Shown here: in pieces, positions 15,513 through 24,653 of the stretch
How the letters are laid out: the number at the start of each line of letters is the position of its first letter
Position numbering within the stretch: the stretch's first letter is position 1
Virus record (IMG/VR): IMGVR_UViG_3300025815_002670
Location: 1-64,000 of that record
Reading direction: 5' to 3' (one strand)
Source: a virus
DNA: 64,000 nucleotides
Notes under the pieces: generated by a model
What the model saw: the letters and a program-made list of their open reading frames with translations, nothing else
Told to the model about the DNA's origin: nothing
Databases searched by the model: none
Position numbers and translations under genes: made by a program

Positions 15513-16868
15513 ATGGCAAAAAAAACCTATGTGCTTGACACAAGCGCATGTTTGACAGATGCAGACTGCATCTTTAACTACGCAAATAACGATATCATTA
15601 TTCCGTTAAAAGTTCTTCAAGAAATAGATAAACACAAGAAGAGACAGGATAGCGTCGGTATCAACGCAAGAATGATTATTCGTTCCCTTGACGAACTGCG
15701 CACCAAAGGTTGCTTACAGAAAGGCGTCAGGCTTGGTAAGGGAAAAGGAATTCTAAAAGTTGCTGGTGGGAACCCAGATGTTCTACCATCCGATCTCGAC
15801 TCTAGTGTCCCTGACCATGAAATTATTTCTACTGCTCTGCACGAAGACGCCACTAACGGAAGCAGAAAAACTGTTCTTGTAAGCCGCGATATTAACATGC
15901 GAGTTATTTGCGATTCGCTTGGAATAACGAGTGAGGACTATACCGAGAACGAGGTCATCAAGCGGGAGTCGGATTTTTATTCAGGTTTCACGACTATTCT
16001 TGTAGATGACCAAACCATAGACCAGTTCTATGATGGCAGCAAGATCAAAGTATCCGAAGAAGAAAATCGCGGTTTGTTTCCTAACGAGTTCGTCATGTTG
16101 GTTTCCAGTTCCAACGATAAGAAAACAGCACTTTGTAGGTTTATTGACTACCAGTTTCCTCTAATGCCTGTGGTTCAATTCAAACAAGGACTTTGGGGTG
16201 TAAAAGCAAGAAACAAGGAACAAATGTTTGCCCTTGATCTTCTAATGGACCCAGAAGTCCAAGTTGTCTCACTCGTCGGTAAAGCCGGCTCTGGTAAGAC
16301 CCTAATAGCAATTGCGGCTGGGTTAGAACAGGTTATGAGCACAATAGATGTTAAGTACGGACTAAAAGAAGGAACTTCTAATGATGTCTGCTACAAGCGT
16401 CTTGTCGTGTCTCGTCCAGTTATGCCCATGGGTAAAGACATTGGCTTCCTTCCAGGCACAATGGAAGAGAAGATGGCTCCATGGCTCGCTCCCGTGCAAG
16501 ACAATCTAAAGTTCCTAACTGGCGACGATCAAACAACGCTTGACGAGTACATGCAACGTGGTCTTATTGAAATGGAAGCGCTAACTTACATTCGTGGTCG
16601 CTCCATCGCCAACGCCTTCATCGTCATCGACGAGGCACAGAACCTTACAGCACATGAGGTCAAAACTATTTTGACCCGCGTTGGTGAAGGCACAAAGATC
16701 GTCCTAACTGGCGACATTGAGCAGATCGACAACATTTACATCAACGAAATGTCGTCTGGCCTCACACATGCAGTAGAAAAAATGAAAGAGTTTGGCATTA
16801 CTGGACACGTTACTTTGAAGAAGGGCGAGCGTTCAGAAGTTGCCACACTTGCAGCGAAAGTATTATAA
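15513..16868 (+). CDS. phoH: PIN-PhoH (PhoH2/YlaK-type) ATPase
   Basis: N-terminal PIN (YVLDTS...EID...D..I...LVSRDINMR); GKAGSGKT; RGRSI; IVIDEAQN; LTGDIEQID. Confidence 0.95.
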   Translation: MAKKTYVLDTSACLTDADCIFNYANNDIIIPLKVLQEIDKHKKRQDSVGINARMIIRSLDELRTKGCLQKGVRLGKGKGILKVAGGNPDVLPSDLDSSVPDHEIISTALHEDATNGSRKTVLVSRDINMRVICDSLGITSEDYTENEVIKRESDFYSGFTTILVDDQTIDQFYDGSKIKVSEEENRGLFPNEFVMLVSSSNDKKTALCRFIDYQFPLMPVVQFKQGLWGVKARNKEQMFALDLLMDPEVQVVSLVGKAGSGKTLIAIAAGLEQVMSTIDVKYGLKEGTSNDVCYKRLVVSRPVMPMGKDIGFLPGTMEEKMAPWLAPVQDNLKFLTGDDQTTLDEYMQRGLIEMEALTYIRGRSIANAFIVIDEAQNLTAHEVKTILTRVGEGTKIVLTGDIEQIDNIYINEMSSGLTHAVEKMKEFGITGHVTLKKGERSEVATLAAKVL

Positions 16869-16871
16869 AAC

Positions 16872-16900
16872 TTGACAAGATAAAAATAGTTTATTATATT
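16872..16900 (+). promoter_or_regulatory. sigma70-type promoter
   Basis: TTGACA, 17 nt, TATATT; AAGGAG SD before ATG 16918. Confidence 0.7.
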
Positions 16901-16917
16901 GTTAGAAAGGAGCAAAA

Positions 16918-17262
16918 ATGCTGACAAAAGAGACACTCAGCAAACATGAAACCAACCCAACATTAAAGGCACCGGTCGTCCCAAACACACAGATGAAGGA
17001 ATGGCTGGTAAACTATGTCGGAGAACACTTCGCAGCCGAGAAGGAACGCTTTGAGGAGGCGATGGGACAAGAATTTAAGTGGGACGGCTCGGTGACCGTT
17101 GAAATGGTTGCAGAACTGATGATCCGAGAGTTCCCAGAGTTTATGCTTGCCGTCGCCGAAGAAAACTTTATGAGAGGCTATCGTCAGGCTCTATCGGATG
17201 TAGAATACACAGAAGACCTTGAAAGGCACTTCGTTGGAGCAGAAGATGGGCAGCAAGGATAA
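16918..17262 (+). CDS. Hypothetical protein
   Basis: 114 aa with promoter and SD; no motif recognised. Confidence 0.75.
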   Translation: MLTKETLSKHETNPTLKAPVVPNTQMKEWLVNYVGEHFAAEKERFEEAMGQEFKWDGSVTVEMVAELMIREFPEFMLAVAEENFMRGYRQALSDVEYTEDLERHFVGAEDGQQG

Positions 17263-17938
17263 GATACAAAAGATCATCGAAAACTCTTTGCAGAACTTCA
17301 ACAGGACACAGAGAGAATATTCGATTCTTGGCAAGATGTTCTACCTCCAACAACATTTCCACGGAGAGGTAGAGGTTGATAAGGTCATCGAAAAGATAGA
17401 AAGGATGATGCCTCCACACCTCTTCGACGAAATAGATATGGTTATAGTTGATGACTATGACTTCCTCCGCGAGAGAGAACTGGAAGCGCTCTACAAGGAC
17501 GGAGCCATCTACTTAACCCCTTTCCTTTACACCGATCGCGATGTCATAGAAAACATCATCCACGAGGTTTCCCACTCTATTGAGGAGCGCCTTGGCAGGA
17601 TCATCTACGGAGACGGAAAGTTAAGAAAGGAGTTCCAGATCAAGAGAGATACTTTAGTTCGCCACCTCGACGCACACGAGTACGACACAAGCGGGTTAGA
17701 TTTTGAAGATGTAGAATACAACCTTGCATTTGACGAGTTTTTACATAAAGAGGTTGGCTACGCAAACTTGAGAAACTTTACAGAAGGTGTTTTTCACCGC
17801 CCATATGCAGCAACAAGTTTGAGAGAATATTGGGCAGCGGGCTTTGAAGACTATTTTATCGGAGACGCCGAAGAAGTCGCCCGTCTAAGCCCGGTACTAT
17901 TTAGTAAAATAGAGGAGGTTGTTTCGTATGAGGATTGA
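17246..17938 (+). CDS. Zincin metallopeptidase, anthrax-lethal-factor/MtfA-like motif arrangement
   Basis: IIHEVSH ... YAATSLREYWAAGFEDYF ... LSPVLF; start placed at ATG 17246 after GGAG. Confidence 0.7.
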   Translation: MGSKDKIQKIIENSLQNFNRTQREYSILGKMFYLQQHFHGEVEVDKVIEKIERMMPPHLFDEIDMVIVDDYDFLRERELEALYKDGAIYLTPFLYTDRDVIENIIHEVSHSIEERLGRIIYGDGKLRKEFQIKRDTLVRHLDAHEYDTSGLDFEDVEYNLAFDEFLHKEVGYANLRNFTEGVFHRPYAATSLREYWAAGFEDYFIGDAEEVARLSPVLFSKIEEVVSYED

Positions 17939-18275
17939 AAAGTTTGAAGTAGAGGAGAAGGACAACAAGATTCATGTATTCGTTCAGATACCACATTCCA
18001 GTCAAAACAGAAATATTGAGCGTTTCCGCTGCAAAACTAGTGACGTTCTAGCCATACTTGAAGAGAAGGGTGTTGAGGTTGGAGAGTGTGTTTCGTCCGC
18101 AGAACTAAAGAACTGGAGAGACTATTCCCGTAGAGGAACTTGGGTTTTTGAAAAGAAAGTTGAAAAAGTGCTTGACCCAGACCCAGAACCGATTATAATA
18201 GAAGAAGAGAAACCAGTGCCGGCTCGTAAGAGGCGCACTAGATCTTCAACCACGAAGGTCTCTACTGAGGAATAA
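17928..18275 (+). CDS. Hypothetical protein with basic C-terminal tail
   Basis: GAGGAGG SD and ACTATTTA motif upstream of ATG 17928. Confidence 0.7.
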   Translation: MRIEKFEVEEKDNKIHVFVQIPHSSQNRNIERFRCKTSDVLAILEEKGVEVGECVSSAELKNWRDYSRRGTWVFEKKVEKVLDPDPEPIIIEEEKPVPARKRRTRSSTTKVSTEE

Positions 18276-19040
18276 TTGGCCCACGTTTCGTATTCAGAGA
18301 TTAAGATTTGGCACGAGTGCCCCTACAAGCATAAACTACAATACATTGACAAGATCGCAGGCTTCAAAGGCAACCTGCACACCGCCTTTGGAACTGCGAT
18401 TCACTCCGTTTGTGAGCACGGTCTCCTAGACGAAAACCTAGACCGAGGCGCACACTTCTTAAAGGAGTTCGCAAAAGAGGTTGCCTCCCTGGAAGAAAAG
18501 GAAGTTGTTATTGAACTCGATCTCAAAGAGCAGATGATGGGACAGTACAAGCCCATTGTCGATTCTTTCCGTGACGAACTTGACAACTACTTTGAGGACT
18601 GTGAAGTCGTCGCAACCGAAGAGCAGCTTTATGAGGACATTGAGGGCGAAAACATGAAGTTTAAGGGCTTCATTGACCTCGTTGTAAAGACAAACGATGG
18701 AAAGTACCACATCCTTGACTGGAAGACCTGTTCCTGGGGTTGGGACTCCAAAAAGAAGGCTGACAAGATTATTAACTATCAGCTTACCCTCTACAAGTAT
18801 TTTTGGGCAAAAAAGCATGGAGTGCCGCTTGATATGGTTGAGACGCACTTCGGGCTTCTCAAGCGAACCGCAAAGAAGAACAACACAGAGATTTTCAGGG
18901 TTACAAGTGGAAAGATAAAAATGAAAAATGCCTTGACATTTCTTGATAAGGCAGTTAAGAATATAAAAAGGAACATGACCATCAAGAATCGTCTTTCTTG
19001 CAAGGGTTGTGCGTTTTATAAAACGGAACATTGCCGTTAG
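18276..19040 (+). CDS. PD-(D/E)XK nuclease, Cas4/AddB/RecB-like, with Fe-S cysteines
   Basis: SYSEI...ECPYK; GFIDLV; ILDWKT; YQLTLY; C-terminal CKGCAF...HC; TTG start after GAGG. Confidence 0.9.
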   Translation: MAHVSYSEIKIWHECPYKHKLQYIDKIAGFKGNLHTAFGTAIHSVCEHGLLDENLDRGAHFLKEFAKEVASLEEKEVVIELDLKEQMMGQYKPIVDSFRDELDNYFEDCEVVATEEQLYEDIEGENMKFKGFIDLVVKTNDGKYHILDWKTCSWGWDSKKKADKIINYQLTLYKYFWAKKHGVPLDMVETHFGLLKRTAKKNNTEIFRVTSGKIKMKNALTFLDKAVKNIKRNMTIKNRLSCKGCAFYKTEHCR

Positions 19041-19048
19041 AGGTTTAG

Positions 19049-20317
19049 ATGAGTGAAAAGAAGACGATCCTAGTTATCTCGGATCACCCGTTAGCGCCCT
19101 CTGGTGTTGGAACACAGACGAACTACATTATCCAGACACTATTGAGAACCGGTCGCTACAAGTTTATTTGTTTAGGTGGTGCGGTAAAGCATCAGAACTA
19201 CCAGCCCCAGAACATCCAGGGAGACGCATGGGATGACGGCGATTTCGTCGTGCATCCCGTTGACGGTTATGGAAATGCTGACATTATTCGTTCAGTCCTA
19301 TGGACGGAGAAGCCAGATATGCTTTGGTTTATGACCGACCCGCGTTTCTACAACTGGCTTTGGCAGATTGAAAACGAGATTCGTGCCCTCGTCCCAATGG
19401 TCTATTACCATGTTTGGGACAACTACCCACCGCCAAAGTTCAATGCAAAGTGGTATAACTCAACAGATGTCATCGCATCTATTTCCAAGGTCACGCACGA
19501 CATTGTAAGCCAGGTCGCCCCGGATGTTGAGAACCACTACATCCCTCACGCGGTCAATGGCGAGATCTTCCGTAAGTTGGACAGCGAGGTCATTGAGGAG
19601 TTTAAGAACACAAACTTCCCAGACCACAACGACCGGATGATCTTTTTCTGGAACAACCGTAACGCCCGCCGCAAGCAGTCCGGCACGCTCATCAACTGGT
19701 TCAACAAGTTCGCCGAGCGAGTTGGTCCAGACAAGGTTTGCCTCATTATGCACACCGATCCAAAGGATCCAAATGGTCAGGATCTAGAGGTCATCCTCAA
19801 GGACTACGACATTGCCGACGGTCGCATTGTTATCTCCAGAAACAAGATGCCAGCCGAAGGTCTTGCTTTAATGTATAACATGGCTGACTGCACCATCAAC
19901 ATTTCAGATGCCGAAGGCTTTGGTCTTGCCACCCTTGAGTCTCTTTCTTGTGGAACTCCCATCATCGTCAACATGACCGGTGGACTACAGGAGCAGGTCA
20001 CGGACGGAGAGGAGTGGTTTGGTATTGGCCTTGAGCCGTCCTCTAAGGCCCTTATCGGCTCACAGACAGTTCCATACATCTACGAGGACCGTTTGAGCGA
20101 GGAACAAGTTGTAGGGGCCTTAGAGCGCTTCTACAACCTATCACAAGAAGAGCGTGATGCAATGGGCGAGAAGGGTATGGCTCATGTCCAGGCTAACTAC
20201 AACTTTGAGGACTTTACGACTCGTTGGGTTGAACTAGTTGACGACATTGTTGAGCGTCTTGGATCATGGGAAAACAGAAAGGGCTACAAGGCTTGGGAAC
20301 TTAAGGAGGCAATGTGA
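19049..20317 (+). CDS. Glycosyltransferase, GT4 (GT-B)
   Basis: SGVG; RNARRK; AEGFGLATLESLSCGTPII. Confidence 0.9.
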   Translation: MSEKKTILVISDHPLAPSGVGTQTNYIIQTLLRTGRYKFICLGGAVKHQNYQPQNIQGDAWDDGDFVVHPVDGYGNADIIRSVLWTEKPDMLWFMTDPRFYNWLWQIENEIRALVPMVYYHVWDNYPPPKFNAKWYNSTDVIASISKVTHDIVSQVAPDVENHYIPHAVNGEIFRKLDSEVIEEFKNTNFPDHNDRMIFFWNNRNARRKQSGTLINWFNKFAERVGPDKVCLIMHTDPKDPNGQDLEVILKDYDIADGRIVISRNKMPAEGLALMYNMADCTINISDAEGFGLATLESLSCGTPIIVNMTGGLQEQVTDGEEWFGIGLEPSSKALIGSQTVPYIYEDRLSEEQVVGALERFYNLSQEERDAMGEKGMAHVQANYNFEDFTTRWVELVDDIVERLGSWENRKGYKAWELKEAM

Positions 20318-21582
20318 AAAAGACAGTTTTAGTAAGAGGGCCGGCCCTCACACAGTCAGGCTACGGCGAGCACACCCGCTTTGTTCTTCGCGCCCTAAGG
20401 ATGCGAGAGGACGAGTTTGACATCCACATCCTTCCCACAAAATGGGGAGAGACTGGCTGGCTCGCTATTCCAGGCGAGGAGCGAGAGTGGATCGATCAGC
20501 AGGTAAACAAGGCAACAGTCCATCTCCATCAGAATCTTCCTTACGACATTTCTGTCCAAGTCACCATCCCCAATGAGTGGCAAAAGATGGCAGCGGTCAA
20601 CATCGGTGTCACAGCGGGCATCGAGACAAACAAGGTCGCCCCTGTGTGGATCCAGCAGGCCAACCTGATGGACAAGATCATTACGATTTCTGAACACTCC
20701 AAGGCCGGCTTTGGTGCAGTCTATTCAGGCCAGCACCCGCAGACCGGGCAGCAGATTCATCTTGCTAACCAAACTCCTGTGGAGATCGCTCACTACCCAG
20801 TAAAGACTTTTGACGAACTACCTGAACTAGACCTAAACCTTGAGCACGACTTCAACTACCTTGCAGTCGCCCAATGGGGTCCACGAAAGAATATCCAAAA
20901 CCTTATTCGTTGGTTTGTAGAAGAGAACCACGACGAGGAAGTTGGTCTTATTGTAAAGATGAGCTTAAAGAATAATTCTGTTGTCGACCGCGAGTTTGCC
21001 CTCCAGCAAATCGAAAACTCTATCCCCGTTATCCCCGACCGCAAGTGCAAGGTCTACCTTCTACACGGGGACATGTCTGAGAGCGAAATGCATGCCCTCT
21101 ACAAGCATCCTAAGGTCAAGGCAATGGTTTCGCTCACTCACGGCGAAGGCTACGGTCTACCCCTATTTGAAGCCGCCTACAGCGGTCTTCCTATTATTGC
21201 CCCTGGCTGGTCTGGTCAGTGCGACTTCCTTTACATGCCATGGGAGTCCAAGTCAAAGAAGAATAAGGACAAGAAGAAGGCGATGTTTGCCGAGGTTGAT
21301 TTCACTCTTGGGCCTGTCCCTGACGCTGCTCTGTGGCAAGGCGTCATTGAAAAGGGGATGTCTTGGTGCTACCCAACCGAGGGCTCTTTCAAGCTTCGCA
21401 TGCGCCAAGTCCGAAAGAACTATGATAAGTGGCGGGCAAAGGCCGAGGAACTTCAGGCTTGGGTTTGCGAAGAGTTTGCTTGGGATAAGAAGCATGAGGA
21501 ACTTTCTATATCTATTTGGGATAGAAAAGAGTATATTAAACTTCAGGAAGAAATTGATAGTTTATTAGAAGATCTACTATGA
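20314..21582 (+). CDS. Glycosyltransferase, GT4 (GT-B)
   Basis: SGYG; PRKNI; GEGYGLPLFEAAYSGLPII. Confidence 0.9.
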   Translation: MKKTVLVRGPALTQSGYGEHTRFVLRALRMREDEFDIHILPTKWGETGWLAIPGEEREWIDQQVNKATVHLHQNLPYDISVQVTIPNEWQKMAAVNIGVTAGIETNKVAPVWIQQANLMDKIITISEHSKAGFGAVYSGQHPQTGQQIHLANQTPVEIAHYPVKTFDELPELDLNLEHDFNYLAVAQWGPRKNIQNLIRWFVEENHDEEVGLIVKMSLKNNSVVDREFALQQIENSIPVIPDRKCKVYLLHGDMSESEMHALYKHPKVKAMVSLTHGEGYGLPLFEAAYSGLPIIAPGWSGQCDFLYMPWESKSKKNKDKKKAMFAEVDFTLGPVPDAALWQGVIEKGMSWCYPTEGSFKLRMRQVRKNYDKWRAKAEELQAWVCEEFAWDKKHEELSISIWDRKEYIKLQEEIDSLLEDLL

Positions 21583-22430
21583 AACCTAAAATTTATTTCA
21601 TCGCGGACATGTTTGCAGAAGATTATATTGGAGGAGCAGAGCTAACAACTAAAGCCATTATGCAGGCGTGCAAGAACTATGAAATTGAAAAAATACATTC
21701 TCATAAGTTAACTCTAGAAATTTTAGAAAATAATAAACAAAATCATTTTATTGTTTGTAATTTTTCAAATTTAGATGATAAGAATAAGATTTATATGTGC
21801 AAAAACAATCATTACTCTATTATTGAGTATGATTACAAATTTTGTAAATATAGATCAACTGTTAAACACAAGCAGGCTGAAGGGATTGAGTGTAATTGTG
21901 TTGAACAAATGCATGGAAAGATCAATAGTGCTTTTTATGGATATGCTTCAAAAATATGGTTTATGAGTCAAGAACAGAAAAACATATTTATAGATAATGT
22001 TGTGACAATAAAGAAAGAAAATTGTAGTGTGCTAAGTTCAGTTTTTTCAGATGGAGATCTTAGATTCATTCAGTCGTTAAAAGACAATGAAAAAAATGAT
22101 AAGTATTTAATCTTAGATTCTAACTCATGGATTAAAAACACTACAGGATGTATTGAATATGCAATCAGTAACAATTTAGGCTATGAGCTAATAAAGAACT
22201 TGCCTTATCATGAGCTTCTGATTAAGATGTCTACATCAAGAGGCTTGATCTTTATGCCAACAGCCCCAGACACTTGTCCAAGATTTGTTATAGAAGGCAA
22301 GCTTCTAGGACTAAAACTACATTTAAATGATTTTGTTCAGCATAAAGACGAATCTTGGTTTTTAAATCCAGAAAGCACCTATGAATATTTGATTAAAAGA
22401 GTAGAATATTTTTGGAGTTTTTATGAATAA
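21579..22430 (+). CDS. Divergent GT-B glycosyltransferase-like protein
   Basis: GGAELT N-terminal motif; DTCPRFVIEGKLLG corresponds to the GT-B E-x7-E region. Confidence 0.65.
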   Translation: MKPKIYFIADMFAEDYIGGAELTTKAIMQACKNYEIEKIHSHKLTLEILENNKQNHFIVCNFSNLDDKNKIYMCKNNHYSIIEYDYKFCKYRSTVKHKQAEGIECNCVEQMHGKINSAFYGYASKIWFMSQEQKNIFIDNVVTIKKENCSVLSSVFSDGDLRFIQSLKDNEKNDKYLILDSNSWIKNTTGCIEYAISNNLGYELIKNLPYHELLIKMSTSRGLIFMPTAPDTCPRFVIEGKLLGLKLHLNDFVQHKDESWFLNPESTYEYLIKRVEYFWSFYE

Positions 22431-23118
22431 AAAAACTTTGGTAGTTATGGGAAATGGACCATCTTTAAAAGATATTGATTTTTCACTTTTAAAACATGTT
22501 GATACATTCGGACTTAATTCGGCTTATAGAGCATATCGCAGAATGGACTGGTGGCCAACATATCATGGATGTTTTGATTATAGAGTTACAGACAACCACA
22601 AGGAAGAGTTTATTAACTTGATAGACTCTAAAAAAATACAAAAACATTTCTATATTAGAAACATTAGTTCTGCATCTAATTTTCAGTTTGTTAATCTTCT
22701 AGCTTATGGTTCTACAGATAAGACAAACAATTCTATCCAAGACTTCAATAATTTTCATGATAATGGAAATTCTGGAGCGAATGCCTGTTCTGTAGGGATA
22801 TGCTTAGGGTACAAAAAGATAATACTGCTTGGTGTTGATTGCAATTATATTGAATTTGTAGATGGATGTAAAAAAGACGGACCAGGAGGTCTAGTGATGG
22901 AAAAAACACCAGACAAAAATCCAAACTATTGGTTTGATGACTATCAGCAAAAAGGCGATGAATATAATGTACCTGCTGGACTCTCTTTCCATATGCCTAC
23001 ATGGAACATGTTAGCTTATAGAGCAGCGCACGCAGGTGTTGAAATTATTAACTGTAGTCCCATTACAAATCTTAGATGTTTTAGGAGAATAAACTTACTG
23101 GAAGCGTTAGATGAATAA
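22423..23118 (+). CDS. Maf/DUF115/GT42 (CstII)-like sialyltransferase-fold protein
   Basis: VMGNGPSL...TFGLN...NSGANA...LGYKKIILLGVD. Confidence 0.75.
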   Translation: MNKKTLVVMGNGPSLKDIDFSLLKHVDTFGLNSAYRAYRRMDWWPTYHGCFDYRVTDNHKEEFINLIDSKKIQKHFYIRNISSASNFQFVNLLAYGSTDKTNNSIQDFNNFHDNGNSGANACSVGICLGYKKIILLGVDCNYIEFVDGCKKDGPGGLVMEKTPDKNPNYWFDDYQQKGDEYNVPAGLSFHMPTWNMLAYRAAHAGVEIINCSPITNLRCFRRINLLEALDE

Positions 23119-23518
23119 AATATTTTCAAAAATAATTCCTAATAAGTTAATACACACTGTTTTTAAAACAAAAGACATACAAAATAGAATTGATATTTGT
23201 CCTCCTGAGCAGTTCCTTCAGTTAGCAGTACTGAGAATGGATAAAGGTAAAACTTTCAAGCCTCATAAACATATATTTAAAAAAGGTGAAGAAAATGTAA
23301 TTGCTCAAGAGTCATGGACAGTTATTCAAGGATCAGTTAAAGTTTTTTTATATGATCTTGATGACACGATTGTATATACTGATATCCTTAAGCCAGGAGA
23401 CTGTTCTATAACTTTTTACGGTGGACATAACTATGAAATTTTAGAAGATAACACTTTGGTTTATGAACACAAAACAGGTCCGTACAAAGGACAAAAATTG
23501 GATAAAAAGTTTATATGA
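23111..23518 (+). CDS. Cupin, WbuC-like
   Basis: FKPHKH...QESW.VIQG...GGHNYEILE...EHKTGPY. Confidence 0.75.
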   Translation: MNKIFSKIIPNKLIHTVFKTKDIQNRIDICPPEQFLQLAVLRMDKGKTFKPHKHIFKKGEENVIAQESWTVIQGSVKVFLYDLDDTIVYTDILKPGDCSITFYGGHNYEILEDNTLVYEHKTGPYKGQKLDKKFI

Positions 23519-24066
23519 TAAAGGTAAATATTGGCTGTGGTTGGAGAAACTTCGGTTCAGAATGGATTCACATTGATGGTGGAGATTATTCTCATTTAGA
23601 TTACAGAACAGATAGATTACAAGACTTAAGTTTTTTTAAAAGTTGTACCATTGACCTAATTTATTCATCACATGTGATTGAATACTACGATCGAGAAAAA
23701 ATTAAAGACGTGCTGAAAGAGTGGAAAAGAGTTTTAAAACCTGGCGGTGTTATAAGAATTGCCGTGCCAGATTTTGAGGTATTAAGCTATCTATATTCCA
23801 CAAGACAAGTAAAACTATCTCAAATTATTGGACCTCTTTATGGGAAGATGGAAATGGGAGATAAAGAAATATTTCATAAAACGGTGTATGATTTTGATAG
23901 CTTAAAAGATGTTCTAGAGGATGTTGGTTTTCATAGTGTCACGCGTTATGACTGGAGAGAGACCGAGCATGTAAGATACGATGATCATTCTCAAGCATAT
24001 ATTCCTCATATGGACAAAAACAACGGTACACTCATCAGTCTAAACGTCGAGGCATACAAAAAATGA
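23515..24066 (+). CDS. SAM-dependent methyltransferase (Methyltransf_11-like)
   Basis: VNIGCG...WIHID...IYSSHVIEY...RVLKPGG.IRIAVPD. Confidence 0.85.
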   Translation: MIKVNIGCGWRNFGSEWIHIDGGDYSHLDYRTDRLQDLSFFKSCTIDLIYSSHVIEYYDREKIKDVLKEWKRVLKPGGVIRIAVPDFEVLSYLYSTRQVKLSQIIGPLYGKMEMGDKEIFHKTVYDFDSLKDVLEDVGFHSVTRYDWRETEHVRYDDHSQAYIPHMDKNNGTLISLNVEAYKK

Positions 24067-24653
24067 ATTTTGATGTCGTAACACAGTTTGAAGATAAGGT
24101 AGCAAATTATTTTGGCTCTCCTTTTGCAATAGCGGTTGATTCATGTACTCATGGATTAGAAATATGTTTGAGATATAAAAACATTAAAAAACTTGTAGTT
24201 CCTAAGAGAACTTACATTTCTGTTCCATTTTTAGCAAATAAGCTCAATATTGATTTAGAATGGAAAGAAGAATCTTGGACCGATTTTTATGAGATTGGGG
24301 ATACAAAAATATTTGACGCCGCTGTATTATGGCGTTATAATAGTTATGTATCTGGAACAATGATGTGTCTTAGTTTCCAATATCGAAAGCATCTTAGTCT
24401 TGGCAGAGGGGGAATGATATTACTGGATGACCCTACGGCTGCGATAGAGTTAAAGAAGATGTCTTACGACGGAAGGCTTCCAGATATCCCTTGGAGGGAA
24501 CAAGATATTAATTCCTTTGGATATCATTATTATATGACACCAGAGACGGCACAACTTGGTTTAGATAAACTACCACAAGCTATAGAATCTGAACCAAAAA
24601 AATGGACAGTTACCGACTGGCCCGATCTTACAAAAATGGAGATTTTTAAGTGA
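24063..24653 (+). CDS. Short DegT/DnrJ/EryC1/StrS PLP aminotransferase-like protein
   Basis: AIAVDSCTHGL...IFDAA...LSFQYRKHL...GGMI; only 196 aa. Confidence 0.8.
   Translation: MNFDVVTQFEDKVANYFGSPFAIAVDSCTHGLEICLRYKNIKKLVVPKRTYISVPFLANKLNIDLEWKEESWTDFYEIGDTKIFDAAVLWRYNSYVSGTMMCLSFQYRKHLSLGRGGMILLDDPTAAIELKKMSYDGRLPDIPWREQDINSFGYHYYMTPETAQLGLDKLPQAIESEPKKWTVTDWPDLTKMEIFK

Noticed and set aside
18933-18961. sigma70 promoter for the glycan operon (TTGACA at 18933)
   Set aside because: The -10 at 17-nt spacing (TAAGAA) is poor, so it is not supported enough to call
18459-19031. 190-aa antisense ORF and the many other minus-strand ORFs
   Set aside because: Shadows of well-supported + strand genes with biased codon usage; no motifs or SD
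20981-21568. 195-aa alternative-frame + ORF (also 53094-53642 and 53811-54287)
   Set aside because: Ser/Thr/Arg-rich off-frame readings typical of C-ending codon bias inside real genes
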